Virus record (IMG/VR): IMGVR_UViG_3300012147_000007
Coordinates: 1 to 64,000 of that record
Strand: one strand, 5' to 3'
From: an uncultured virus (IMG/VR IMGVR_UViG_3300012147_000007)
Taxonomy: Duplodnaviria; Heunggongvirae; Uroviricota; Caudoviricetes
DNA length: 64,000 nt
Part shown: piece by piece, positions 46,565 to 57,047 of the stretch
Layout: the number at the start of each line of letters is the position of its first letter
Position numbering within the stretch: the stretch's first letter is position 1
Notes under the pieces: model-generated
Told to the model about the DNA's origin: nothing
Database searches by the model: none
The model's input: only the letters and a program-made list of their open reading frames with translations
Translations under genes and position numbers: made by a program

Positions 46565-46697
46565 AACTTGTTTTTATAATTTGTTTCTTTCAATTATATA
46601 TACGCAAATATAAGACAAAATGTTCTATAAATGCAAATCTTTTTTAATCTTTTTTTACAAATCCCTTATTTTACTGGGACTGTAGAGTAAAATTTTT

Positions 46698-46940
46698 TTA
46701 GTCTTCACTGCTCCCGTTTGCAATCATTTTGATGATGAACGCAATTATATGAGCAATCAACCATCCAATTCCAAGGTCTGCATAAACAATATAATACATT
46801 ATAAGCAGCCTTGGAAACACTAACGAACCCAATACATCAAAAAACAAAGGGACATTGTTATGCGGAATTCCTCCAGCAAGATAAGCTATAAATAAACTTA
46901 TCCTTGGAAAGAACAAACTGAATAATAGTAATAACGTCAT
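46698..46940 (-). CDS. Small membrane protein
   Basis: Hydrophobic, two FPR motifs. Confidence 0.7.
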   Translation of the reverse strand: MTLLLLFSLFFPRISLFIAYLAGGIPHNNVPLFFDVLGSLVFPRLLIMYYIVYADLGIGWLIAHIIAFIIKMIANGSSED

Positions 46941-47467
46941 TAAAGCAATCTTTTTAGTACCGCATCCCAATCTGGATACTCCTCATTTCCAAACATTATG
47001 TGCTCACCAATGAACTCTCCAGCTCCATACTTAACTCTGTCATCAATTAAATAATGCCCCATGTAGTGACCTTTATGGAAGGATAGGTCCATTTTCTTAT
47101 AGAAGGTAGGGAAATGTTCTTCAACCCACTTTCTCTTATCAGAGAAACAACTTATATTCCCCCAAGATGGTGCAGACACAAAACATAACTCATATTTACC
47201 TGAGTTTTCAAGTATCTCAATCGCCTCTTTTGCTCCTGGATATAGAGGCAGGTCTTTATAAAAACCTTTAATATGCCTGTATTCACTCCTGTCAGCAAAC
47301 TCTCTAAATGTAAGTCCCATTTTTTTAGCCTCTTCTGTTGCTTTAGGAACAAAATCTGCAACAACACCATCCATATCAATCCATACCATCTCTTTTCCAC
47401 CATGCACTTTTGTTAGTGCATCCATGATTTCTTCAACAGTCTCTTTACTTAAATAACTTTTAATCAT
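46940..47467 (-). CDS. 5'(3')-deoxyribonucleotidase (NT5C, HAD)
   Basis: IDMDGVVADF, K..WV, YLIDDR. Confidence 0.88.
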   Translation of the reverse strand: MIKSYLSKETVEEIMDALTKVHGGKEMVWIDMDGVVADFVPKATEEAKKMGLTFREFADRSEYRHIKGFYKDLPLYPGAKEAIEILENSGKYELCFVSAPSWGNISCFSDKRKWVEEHFPTFYKKMDLSFHKGHYMGHYLIDDRVKYGAGEFIGEHIMFGNEEYPDWDAVLKRLL

Positions 47468-47470
47468 ATC

Positions 47471-48040
47471 TTATATATTACAATCTTCACACATCTCTGA
47501 AATAAACTCCGTTCTGTGCAATAAATCAGTTCCGCATGATTTGCAATAACCAAGCCCGTTCTTACCATTACTTTTAACTCCAGCTTTTTCAAGCAAATAC
47601 TCTGTTACTTGCTTCCAGGTTTTAAATTTCCCTTGATGTCCGAACCTCATGAATTCTCCTCTAAACTTTGTTTGTCCATGAATGTCCCAGTCATCAATAA
47701 GGTAATCACCTTCTTCTCCAATTCTCTCTTTCTTTGGAACCAAGTTTAAATTCTCAAGAGCCTCAAAGCCAACGTTATCCCTAACCCAGACCGCTTTTTC
47801 TGTATAAGAACCAAGATTGTAAACAGAAGGCCTTGTGCAGAACGCCATATCATAATGCTCTCCAAGAACTTTCCAAGCTTCTAAAAAACCTGGCATTGGC
47901 TCCATACTTGAGAAGAAGCCTATAATTGATTGAGGGTATTGATAATCTGGATACTTAGCTTTATATTTATTCAACTGCTTACTGAATTGGACCGCTGTAT
48001 CATCCATGTCTATGTATACTGTTGGTTTTCCGTCTACCAT
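47471..48040 (-). CDS. 5'(3')-deoxyribonucleotidase (NT5C, HAD)
   Basis: YIDMDDT, EKAVWV, YLIDD. Confidence 0.85.
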   Translation of the reverse strand: MVDGKPTVYIDMDDTAVQFSKQLNKYKAKYPDYQYPQSIIGFFSSMEPMPGFLEAWKVLGEHYDMAFCTRPSVYNLGSYTEKAVWVRDNVGFEALENLNLVPKKERIGEEGDYLIDDWDIHGQTKFRGEFMRFGHQGKFKTWKQVTEYLLEKAGVKSNGKNGLGYCKSCGTDLLHRTEFISEMCEDCNI

Positions 48041-48135
48041 ATCTATTCTCTTTTTTATAAATTATCACATTCCAATCTCCACCAGCAAATATAATAAAAA
48101 ATTTTAACTATTTATAATAAAAAACAAATTAAATT

Positions 48136-48849
48136 ATGGGAAATATAGGGATTTACAAAATTACAAACAAATTAAATAAAAAAATATACATAGGAAGTTC
48201 TATGAATATAAAAGCAAGAATATCTAAACACAAATCGCAATTAAGAAATAACAAACACAAAAACAGTCATCTACAAAACTCATGGAATAAATACGGAGAA
48301 GATAATTTTAAATTTGAAGTCGTAGAAACTGTTGATAGTTTTGAGTTACTATTAGAAAGAGAGCAATTCTATTTAGATAACACAAAAAACAAATATAACA
48401 TACTTAGCAAAGCATACGCAAGTTATGGCTACAAGCACTCTGAAAAAACAAAAAAACTTTTAAGCGAGCTTGGAAAGATGAAAACTGGAGATAAAAACCC
48501 ATTTTATGGCAAAACTCCTTCAAAAGAATCAATAGAAATAATTAGAAATATAGGAAAATCTCAAACTGGAGATAAAAACCCATTTTATGGCAAGCACCAC
48601 ACCAAGGAGTCTAAAGAAAAAATGTCAAATTCTCTTAAAGGAAGAAAAATGCCTGAATCATTTTTAGATAAACAAAAAGGAAACACAAGGGGAGCTAAAG
48701 AATTTTCAGTCACAACACCAAGCGGTACTATGTTTACTATTGTAAATTTAACAAAATTTTGCAAAGAAAACGACCTTAACCCAAGAAACGCAATTGCAGC
48801 TGTAGCTGCTGATAGAAAATACAAGGGATATTATTTTAAGAGAATTTAG
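48136..48849 (+). CDS. GIY-YIG endonuclease, NUMOD3
   Basis: GIYKITN..YIGSS; NPFYGKHHT. Confidence 0.92.
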   Translation: MGNIGIYKITNKLNKKIYIGSSMNIKARISKHKSQLRNNKHKNSHLQNSWNKYGEDNFKFEVVETVDSFELLLEREQFYLDNTKNKYNILSKAYASYGYKHSEKTKKLLSELGKMKTGDKNPFYGKTPSKESIEIIRNIGKSQTGDKNPFYGKHHTKESKEKMSNSLKGRKMPESFLDKQKGNTRGAKEFSVTTPSGTMFTIVNLTKFCKENDLNPRNAIAAVAADRKYKGYYFKRI

Positions 48850-49327
48850 ATTTATATTTTTCTATATTTTTAAAGTCATTTTCCCACACCACAATAGTCA
48901 CATCTTCATTAAGTAGTTCTTCTGATATTATTTTTTCTATAACATAAAAATCACCACCCGCAAGCCCAGAGCCTATAAGAGGTAAGCCAATTTTCTTTCC
49001 AGAAAATTCAGACTTCATCGCTTTCATACACCCTCTAATTGCATCATAATCAGCATTTATGTTTCTACCTTTGTAGTCCCACTGAGTGTACATGTTTAGA
49101 ATTGTGATATTATCATTAGACCATTGAGTATAAGTTCCAAGCTTACCTTTATCTGCAAAAGCAGAAGCTTTATCTGCAGAATAAGCCTGTGGATACTTTC
49201 GCTTGACTGTAAGGGCGATACCCGCTCCAAAAACACAATAACAATTACAGCCATGTGCTATTACGTCAAAATCTCTTTCCGCATCTCTTACAAGGTCTCC
49301 TTTTGTATATTTAATTTCATGCTCCAT
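48836..49327 (-). CDS. Macro-domain (ADP-ribose processing) protein
   Basis: KGDL..IAHGCNC..GAGIA..PLIGSGLAGG. Confidence 0.88.
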   Translation of the reverse strand: MEHEIKYTKGDLVRDAERDFDVIAHGCNCYCVFGAGIALTVKRKYPQAYSADKASAFADKGKLGTYTQWSNDNITILNMYTQWDYKGRNINADYDAIRGCMKAMKSEFSGKKIGLPLIGSGLAGGDFYVIEKIISEELLNEDVTIVVWENDFKNIEKYKSKFS

Positions 49328-49381
49328 AAGCACAAATGTAAACAAAAAAAAGCGAATCATCTAATAATTCGCTTTCTAATT

Positions 49382-50032
49382 TTAAAACAACCTACGCTGC
49401 TTGTGTTTAATTGTTATCTCTCCATAAAGTAGAGCATCACTCTTATCTCCGCAATCTCCATAATCAAAATCTCTAAAGGCTTTAATTTCAGTCACCTCAC
49501 ACTCTGGTATTAATATAGTCTTAACTGTAACTCCAGTTGGGTCAAGAATATGAATTTTAACTTCTCCAACTTTAGGAGACCCTTCGAGTTCTTTAAGTTT
49601 TTCACAAATATCAATTTCAGCATTAGGAAACAGCATCAAAACTCTAAAAGAAGAATAATCATCTTTTATAATCTTTTTTGAATGGGCTAATTTTTTTTCA
49701 GAGTGAACATCTGTTCCAACATATTTATACGACTGAAAGAAATAAGGTGGTATGCCTGGAAATTCTACTTTAAATCTATTTTTTCTATAAGGCTCATACT
49801 CAGGCACTGGCTCAAATAATCTTGTTCCCTTTTTTTTATCATCTTCAAACTTAAAGTATTTTACTTCTGGCTCTTCATCTGGACCTTCTGTGAAAGGTTT
49901 TTTCCCTTTAGTCCAATTTATTTTACCAGTATCTGAACTTTGATGTATTCTTCTAAATTCCCCTTCTTTTCCTTCTTCTGGTTTCATAAATGTTTTATTA
50001 AACCACTCTTTTACTTTATCTACTCTTTTCAT
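49382..50032 (-). CDS. Protein with tail-tube-like C-terminal domain
   Basis: EPYRKNRF.VEFPGIP..LDPTG. Confidence 0.45.
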   Translation of the reverse strand: MKRVDKVKEWFNKTFMKPEEGKEGEFRRIHQSSDTGKINWTKGKKPFTEGPDEEPEVKYFKFEDDKKKGTRLFEPVPEYEPYRKNRFKVEFPGIPPYFFQSYKYVGTDVHSEKKLAHSKKIIKDDYSSFRVLMLFPNAEIDICEKLKELEGSPKVGEVKIHILDPTGVTVKTILIPECEVTEIKAFRDFDYGDCGDKSDALLYGEITIKHKQRRLF

Positions 50033-50107
50033 AATATGATGTTTTTTAATTATAAGCATGTTGTACCGCTTTTTTAATAACTATTTATTAAAAAAAATAG
50101 TAGACTT

Positions 50108-50374
50108 ATGAAAAACAAAAAAGACTTTTTAGACGGAGACCATTCTTTCAAGAAATGGTTTTCAATAATGTGGAAAAACGGTTACATATTCTTGTTTTTT
50201 TGCTTTTTAGCAATAACAATAGTGGGAGCATTTTTCTCTGAACGATTTGAATTTGACCCAGAAGAAAATTGGAACTGGTTTATGGCTGGATTTGGCGTTC
50301 TTGGCATGAGCCTTATTGCTTATAAGGGATTTTGGCAATTCTGGAACGACCTTAAAAACGGAAGAAGCAGATAA
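50108..50374 (+). CDS. Small 2-TM membrane protein
   Basis: Two hydrophobic stretches. Confidence 0.7.
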   Translation: MKNKKDFLDGDHSFKKWFSIMWKNGYIFLFFCFLAITIVGAFFSERFEFDPEENWNWFMAGFGVLGMSLIAYKGFWQFWNDLKNGRSR

Positions 50375-50397
50375 CAAAACAAATAACAAAACATAAT

Positions 50398-50811
50398 ATG
50401 AAAAGACAACAAAACATCATATATAGAATGCTTGCTTACATAGGCGAATCTGTATATGACAAGAAAGGTGGAAAGGTTTCATCTACAAGAATGGCATCTT
50501 ATTTTATACTTGGAGGTATATTGACATCAATGCTTCTCCTTGTTGGAATAGAGCTCATTAATGCTATTATTATGTGGAAGCAAGGGCTTGGGTATGTTAT
50601 ACCAGGAGAACACATAACAATATTTGGTATGGTCCTGGCTCATCACCTTACTCTTCTTGGTATTAACAAATATGCAGAAAGAAAAGTGGATGTTGCTACA
50701 CAAGACAAACTTAGGTCTCATAACCAAATTAACCCAAGAGACATACCCACAGAAGTTCCTGACTCTCCAAAAGATATAGAGGAAGGTCCAAGCGACTCTA
50801 ATATGGAATAA
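50398..50811 (+). CDS. 2-TM membrane protein (holin-like?)
   Basis: GKVSSTR then two TM segments. Confidence 0.6.
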   Translation: MKRQQNIIYRMLAYIGESVYDKKGGKVSSTRMASYFILGGILTSMLLLVGIELINAIIMWKQGLGYVIPGEHITIFGMVLAHHLTLLGINKYAERKVDVATQDKLRSHNQINPRDIPTEVPDSPKDIEEGPSDSNME

Positions 50812-51182
50812 ATTAAAAAGACTCGAATTATCGAGTCTTTTTTTTGTCTTGTAGGTAAGTGTTGTTTTCTAAAATTAGAAACATGTTTTCGGTATTCTGA
50901 CAATGCTCTAAAAACATCTTCCTGTCATCAAAAGATAGTGAAAAAAACTCTCCCTGAAGCTCTCTTCCATCTTCGTCCTCTTGTGATATTGTAAATATGA
51001 AACAAAAATACAAAATCATAATTGATAAATCAAATTTATTTTAAAGTTTTTTATTTTTTTTTAAAAACCCAGACAGCCAGGGCGTTTGCGGCAATATAGG
51101 ATTTGTTAAAAAAATTTTAACCAAATTGGAAAGCTCCAGAAAAATGCTTACTATTTATAATAAGAATCTAAAAAAACAATAT

Positions 51183-51458
51183 ATGTCAGAAGAAGAAAAA
51201 AACTCAGAAAACTCAGAAAACGAAGAGTTAATGCAAGAGCGAGAGTCAGATGGTGGAAGCGCTATGGAATTAGGTTATTTAACAACCGCAATTCTTGACT
51301 ATTATGAAACAACAGCAACTGAAGGATTTGATGAAGGAGAAGGTTGGAAGGCTGGAAGCGAGCATGACAAAAGAAAAAAAGGAGTAGAAATTCCTGCTGA
51401 TTTAAACGCAGAAATAAAAAAAGCCTTTATAGTTCAAATTAAAAAATTTCAAAAGTAA
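51183..51458 (+). CDS. hypothetical acidic protein
   Basis: ATG after TATTTAT motif. Confidence 0.65.
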   Translation: MSEEEKNSENSENEELMQERESDGGSAMELGYLTTAILDYYETTATEGFDEGEGWKAGSEHDKRKKGVEIPADLNAEIKKAFIVQIKKFQK

Positions 51459-51461
51459 AAT

Positions 51462-52289
51462 ATGTTTGAGGACAATAACCTATGGTTTTTCTTATTCGCT
51501 GTAGTACCAGCAATATTATACTCTCTGTTCATTTATCACAGAGCGCCAAAGGGTGTTGTTAAAAAAAGACCAATGTGGAGTTACATAATTATTGGACTCT
51601 TGTCTATTCAAATACTCAAAACTATTCATTTCTTATTCCCTCACATTCACAAACACATTGAATACCACGCAGTCGCACACGACCTTGGTGGGGGTAGACT
51701 TATATTATCAGAAGAACCTACTATATGGGCAATATTTGTATTTGCATTCTTCCAGGTTGCATTCTTTGAAGAAATATCTAAGTGGTTTGCATTCAGAGTA
51801 GGTAATGCAGTAAGAGGAGATACCAGAGATGGTAGAGATTCAGCATTTGCTGTAATGTTCTATTCTGTTATGATTGCAGTAGGATTCGCAGTATTCGAAA
51901 ACATTCACTACGTTAGCAGAGTTCTTTGGGGTGACCTTCAAGGAGTTGACCCGAACGAGATGTTAATGATTAGGTCAATCAACTCAGTTGTGGTACACAT
52001 GCTTAGCGGTCTATTTATGGGATACTTCATCGCTCTTGGTAGAAGATGTAAGAATATATTCAAACATGCAGGATATACGATGCTGGGACTATTAGCGGCC
52101 ACTCTATTTCATGGACTCTATGACTTCAATCTTATGAAAGGGGTTACTGATGCAGATTTTGTAAGCATCTTAGGTCTTGACTTCCATATTGTTAACAACA
52201 TTATGATTATAGGAGCTCTTATTGTTTCTTGGTTCATGGGAAAACATCTTCTAAAAGTTGACTACAACAACAAAGGTTTATTGAGGTAA
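51462..52289 (+). CDS. PrsW-family intramembrane glutamic protease
   Basis: FEEISK, GFAVFENIHY, H, HGLYD; multi-TM. Confidence 0.88.
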   Translation: MFEDNNLWFFLFAVVPAILYSLFIYHRAPKGVVKKRPMWSYIIIGLLSIQILKTIHFLFPHIHKHIEYHAVAHDLGGGRLILSEEPTIWAIFVFAFFQVAFFEEISKWFAFRVGNAVRGDTRDGRDSAFAVMFYSVMIAVGFAVFENIHYVSRVLWGDLQGVDPNEMLMIRSINSVVVHMLSGLFMGYFIALGRRCKNIFKHAGYTMLGLLAATLFHGLYDFNLMKGVTDADFVSILGLDFHIVNNIMIIGALIVSWFMGKHLLKVDYNNKGLLR

Positions 52290-52811
52290 CAATAGAGCGC
52301 CACTCTTAATCAAAGCTGGCAATTCATCAAACAAACAATTTAGCAAATCAAACAAGCTTAATTTAGCGTTTGATTTTATTGATGCGCCTTCGCTAATAAA
52401 TTCTATGCTTTCATCAATATAAACAGGAAGTCCTGAAATGTTTTTGATGCCATCTCCAGCTGCAGTTTTAACAAACTCAATCTCTGGAGTCATATACACA
52501 AACTCTTTATCGTCTTCTAACTCAATTCTAAATTTCTTATAGACTCTAATTGCTTTATACTCTATTGGTAACTGTGTTGCTGATACAAGCGCTCTAACAA
52601 CTTCGTATTCTTCAGAAAAAACGCTCCTAACCAAACCTTTGGCATCATAGAAAAAGTGAATTAAATCAGCGCAAGTTATACTCTCTCCAAGCTCTACATC
52701 CAACATAAGTATGCTTGAAAGAAATTCTGACTTGTCTTCTAATTTAGACAAGTCAGCAAGTTCTCCTCCAATAGATACTCTGCCTCCAGAATCTATTTTT
52801 AACATTCTCAT
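52278..52811 (-). CDS. hypothetical protein
   Basis: 177 aa, coupled to Clp ATPase. Confidence 0.75.
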   Translation of the reverse strand: MRMLKIDSGGRVSIGGELADLSKLEDKSEFLSSILMLDVELGESITCADLIHFFYDAKGLVRSVFSEEYEVVRALVSATQLPIEYKAIRVYKKFRIELEDDKEFVYMTPEIEFVKTAAGDGIKNISGLPVYIDESIEFISEGASIKSNAKLSLFDLLNCLFDELPALIKSGALLLPQ

Positions 52812-54823
52812 GATTTAGCTACTATTTTATTATTCTTCTTATCGAATGATAACTTAATTTTAGTTCCCTCAGGAAGATTGTCGTTAAGAATAGCTTTTGC
52901 AATCACATTCTCCACGTTTTGAGTAATAGCTCTCTTAAGAGGTCTTGCTCCATATTCTCTATCGTAACCTATCTCTACCAAATAATCCTTAGCAGCTTTA
53001 GCGATAGTGATTTCGTAACCTTTTTCTGAGATTCTATCAATTGTTTTCTTGATTTCAAGCTCTACGATTTTAGCAATATCTTCTTCGCTAAGAGGGTTGA
53101 ATACAATTTTTTCATCAATTCTATTTATCAACTCTGGTCTAAGGTGTTTTTTAAGTTCAATACCAACTATTTCAGCAATATTTGCATGCTCATCATTGTT
53201 AACTCCAAAACCAAGAGTTTTCTTGCCCATTATCTTATCAGTACCAATATTTGATGTCATGATGATAATAGTGTTCTTAAAATTAATTTCTCTTCCTGTA
53301 GCATCAGTTAAAATACCATCATCAAGAATTTGAAGGAAGATGTTAAAAATATCTGGATGCGCCTTTTCAATCTCATCAAAAAGCAAAATAGAGTATGGCT
53401 TGTTTTTAACAGCCTCAGTAAGTATACCTCTATCTTCGTGACCTACATATCCTGGAGGTGAACCAATAAGTTTAGTTACATTGAATTTCTCCATGTACTC
53501 ACTCATATCAAATCTAATAAACGCATCTTCGCTGTCAAACATAAAATTAGACAATTGCTTCGCTAAGTGTGTTTTACCAACACCTGTTGAACCTAATAAT
53601 AAAAATGATGCAATTGGCTTATTAGGGTCTTGAATACCCAACCTCGAACGTTGTATTGCTTCGCAAACTTTTTCAACTGCTTCATTTTGACCAATAACTG
53701 TTTTTTCAAGATAGCTCTTCATGTTGATTAATCTCTCGTTTTCATTATCTGTCATCTTTGTAATAGGAACTCCAACGTGATTAGCGATTACTTCTGCGAC
53801 ATCCTGAACGGTTACAACCACTCTTGTTTCTCTAAGCTTTTCTTCCCACTTAATAGTTTCTTCTTCTATCTTCACGAGCATTGCTCTCTCTTTGTCTCTA
53901 AACTTTGCTGCATCTTCGTATTTTTGACTCTTTGCAGCATCGCTCTTCTTTTCCTGGATTCCTTCAAGCTCTTTTTCAAGTTTCTTGATTCCTTCTGGAA
54001 CTGGCGTGTTATTCAACTTAACTCTTGAACCTACTTCGTCCAATGCGTCAATAGCTTTATCTGGAAAGTTTCTGTAATTAACATACCTATCAGTAAATTC
54101 AACACACTTCTCAAGAACTTCATCAGAATAAATCACATTGTGATAATTCTCATACCTTTCTCTAAGCTGCTTTAGAATCTGTAAAGTCTCTTCTGGCGAA
54201 GGGATGTCTACATAAATTTTTTGAAATCTTCTTTCAAGAGCGGAATCGCTCTCAATAATCTTCTTGTACTCATCAACCGTTGTAGCACCGATTACCTTAA
54301 TCTCACCTCTGGCAAGCGCTGGCTTGATGATGTTTGATGCATCCATAGAGCCAGATGCTCCACCTGCTCCAACTACATTATGAAGCTCATCAATGAATAT
54401 AATTACATCTGGACTTCCTTTTACTTCTTTTAAAAGGTCTTCCATGCGTTGCTCAAATTCGCCTCTATATTTAGTTCCAGATACAAGTGAGGTAAAATTA
54501 ATCTCAACTATTCTTTTGTTAAAAAGCCATCTATCAACTTGCTTGTTAGCGATTCTTAAAGCAAGACCTTCTGCGATAGCAGTTTTACCAACTCCAGCCT
54601 CTCCTACAAGTACAGGGTTATTTTTCTTTCTCTTATTGAGGATTTGAACTAACTTGTCAACCTCTGCATCTCTACCAACAACAGGGTCAAGTCCACCTTT
54701 AGTGGCCAACGCTGTTAAATCCTTTCCATAATGGTCAAGGATTGGAGTTTTGCTCTTACTATTCTTTTTGATTCTATCTGTATTAGAATCATCGTCTTCT
54801 GGTCCAAAAGCTCTTCTGTCCAT
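52808..54823 (-). CDS. clpC: ClpC-like ATPase lacking N-terminal Clp repeats
   Basis: LDPVVGR, GEAGVGKT, KYRGEFE, UVR middle domain, GSTGVGKT, GSPPGYVG, GARPL. Confidence 0.92.
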   Translation of the reverse strand: MDRRAFGPEDDDSNTDRIKKNSKSKTPILDHYGKDLTALATKGGLDPVVGRDAEVDKLVQILNKRKKNNPVLVGEAGVGKTAIAEGLALRIANKQVDRWLFNKRIVEINFTSLVSGTKYRGEFEQRMEDLLKEVKGSPDVIIFIDELHNVVGAGGASGSMDASNIIKPALARGEIKVIGATTVDEYKKIIESDSALERRFQKIYVDIPSPEETLQILKQLRERYENYHNVIYSDEVLEKCVEFTDRYVNYRNFPDKAIDALDEVGSRVKLNNTPVPEGIKKLEKELEGIQEKKSDAAKSQKYEDAAKFRDKERAMLVKIEEETIKWEEKLRETRVVVTVQDVAEVIANHVGVPITKMTDNENERLINMKSYLEKTVIGQNEAVEKVCEAIQRSRLGIQDPNKPIASFLLLGSTGVGKTHLAKQLSNFMFDSEDAFIRFDMSEYMEKFNVTKLIGSPPGYVGHEDRGILTEAVKNKPYSILLFDEIEKAHPDIFNIFLQILDDGILTDATGREINFKNTIIIMTSNIGTDKIMGKKTLGFGVNNDEHANIAEIVGIELKKHLRPELINRIDEKIVFNPLSEEDIAKIVELEIKKTIDRISEKGYEITIAKAAKDYLVEIGYDREYGARPLKRAITQNVENVIAKAILNDNLPEGTKIKLSFDKKNNKIVAKS

Positions 54824-55181
54824 AATTATCTCTTTAAATGTTTGTAAAATTTAAGAATTTTAATCCAAAAAACCAAGAGAAAACAAAAGGTTCTGTATAT
54901 TTTTTAAATTACTCCTTTAACCTTTTATATACCAGCTCTATAAAGATTATCTTTTCATTATCTTTTAGAGCACCTATAGATTGTACATCGTATTTTTCTG
55001 TTGGATATGTTCTTCTGATTTTGTCCCAAAAGAATTCGAAACCTTTTTTCTCTATCTCATTTGTAGTAATTGAGATTACCACCTTTTCCATCGTTTTTAA
55101 TACTAAATCCATAATTTCTAAGTTTCCTATAAATAATCAGAAGAAACCAATAAATCACTGTATAAGCAAACTAAAAAATGG

Positions 55182-55529
55182 CTAAACTCCTAAATTTGAA
55201 TAAAATTGATGATTTTCTTTCAAATTGTTGATAACTATTTCTGCTATGTCGAGAATATTAAAGAGACTTCTCTTTGCTTTTTCCACATAAATACCTTTAA
55301 CAAATTCCTCCATTGGAAATCCGTATAGGTCATTGTTTTCAGAAACTTCATCCCAATTCATCAAATAATCTTCTTTAGTGTCTATTTCCTCTGGAAGCCT
55401 TACGATGTCATCTTTCTTGTGATAAGGAAAACTATTGTGACCACCAACTACCGAATGAGATGGGTGTTCCTGCTGCATCGCCTCATGCAACGCTCGCCTT
55501 ATTTCTTCTCTTATTTCTTTTTCTTCCAT
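55182..55529 (-). CDS. Probable virion protein (IREE leader)
   Basis: IREEIRRALHE; TATTTAT upstream. Confidence 0.65.
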   Translation of the reverse strand: MEEKEIREEIRRALHEAMQQEHPSHSVVGGHNSFPYHKKDDIVRLPEEIDTKEDYLMNWDEVSENNDLYGFPMEEFVKGIYVEKAKRSLFNILDIAEIVINNLKENHQFYSNLGV

Positions 55530-55604
55530 TACCTATATAAATATGGCAAAAAAAAAAGGTAGACACATTGCCTACCTTTAATATTTTTAAACTAAAACTA
55601 TTTC

Positions 55605-57002
55605 TTATTTTGACACCAAGGAAACAACGTTCTTAGCTTGCTCATAGCTCATTGTAATTTTTACATTATCCTTGTCATTCATGTCAGTAATTGATAATAG
55701 ATTACAAACGGTAAGGAAATTATCTACAACCCTCTTATCATATACGATATTTCTTGACTCAATATCTTTAATCAAACCTTTTATTGGAGGTATAGTATCT
55801 CCAATAACTCTTTTACCATCTAAGAACAAAGTATCCAATAAGCTCATGTAAATAGGATTTGACTCTATACCCTGAAGTATTGCTGCAAAACTTTTCTTTG
55901 GTTCATCTTTTTTTTCGAATTCACCATTTTCACCTTCAACATACTCAGCTACTTCTTCGCTTTTTTCTTCTGGGAAATCATGACCAAAATCAAGAATTTC
56001 AGAGTCAGCATCCACGCTATTAATTGCATCAACAATTTTTTTCTGCCTTTCATCAGAGTTTTCTATTGCCTCATCTAAATCGGTTTCTTCAACCAATTCT
56101 TCTATCACCTCTTCTGGTTCATGTTTTTTGAATCTGTCTCTTAGACGGCCTAAAAACCTTTTTTTATCATCTTCTGGCAGCCTGTTTCCTTCATTGTTAG
56201 CATCATATATGTTGCTGGCAAATATAACCAACAACACAGCCAATGGGTCAAATACAAATATAAGCATTAATATGAACCAGTTTATAATATCATCCATAGG
56301 CCTATCAAGAACTGTTGACATATATTTAAGTGGCCCTATTTCTGTAGCTATGTCTGAATTTTGAAGGTCGAGTATTTCGATGTCTAAATCTCCAATCTCT
56401 TGATTTATCACATTTACTTTTAAAGCAATAGTATCCAGTTCAGCTTGAAGCTTTTGAATCTCCTCTGTTGACTGCTCTATAAGAATTTGTGTTTTTTTAG
56501 CACTACTGCTCCAGCCTTTATTATAAAGCGAATCAAGACGAGCCTCCTGCTGAACCCTTGTGTCATTAAGTAAAGTAACTCTATCAGATTTTGATGTCTT
56601 GATTTCGTCAATACCAGCGATTTGAGTTTGCTTCTGCTCTTGTTGCTTCTCTATCAACTCTATTTTACCTTGAATTTTGTCTAATTGAATTGACGTTTCA
56701 GAGTAAGCTCCTGCCAGGAACCCATAAATACCTGAACTGGTAATAAGCATTACAGCCAACACCATAGCTGTTAGCGTGTATTTCATCCACCACTTTGTCT
56801 TGGTCCAATATCTGTGAAGCGCTGCTGTAGTAGCAAGCTTACCAAACTCTATAAAGGATGCCATAATGATAACCTCAAGAGCGGCACCACCAAATAATTT
56901 AGACAATCCTGAAATAGAAAAGTACGCTGCAGAACCAGCGAGACCAAGAGCCGCCAACACTATAAGTAGCGTCCAAAAGTACTTATTAAAGAATTTTTTC
57001 AT
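55605..57002 (-). CDS. Membrane-anchored coiled-coil protein
   Basis: 3 TM, long coil, EIGPLKY, IFVFDPLAV. Confidence 0.8.
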   Translation of the reverse strand: MKKFFNKYFWTLLIVLAALGLAGSAAYFSISGLSKLFGGAALEVIIMASFIEFGKLATTAALHRYWTKTKWWMKYTLTAMVLAVMLITSSGIYGFLAGAYSETSIQLDKIQGKIELIEKQQEQKQTQIAGIDEIKTSKSDRVTLLNDTRVQQEARLDSLYNKGWSSSAKKTQILIEQSTEEIQKLQAELDTIALKVNVINQEIGDLDIEILDLQNSDIATEIGPLKYMSTVLDRPMDDIINWFILMLIFVFDPLAVLLVIFASNIYDANNEGNRLPEDDKKRFLGRLRDRFKKHEPEEVIEELVEETDLDEAIENSDERQKKIVDAINSVDADSEILDFGHDFPEEKSEEVAEYVEGENGEFEKKDEPKKSFAAILQGIESNPIYMSLLDTLFLDGKRVIGDTIPPIKGLIKDIESRNIVYDKRVVDNFLTVCNLLSITDMNDKDNVKITMSYEQAKNVVSLVSK

Positions 57003-57047
57003 ATGCAAATTTAAGATTTTTAAACATAAAAATCAAATAAAAATAAC

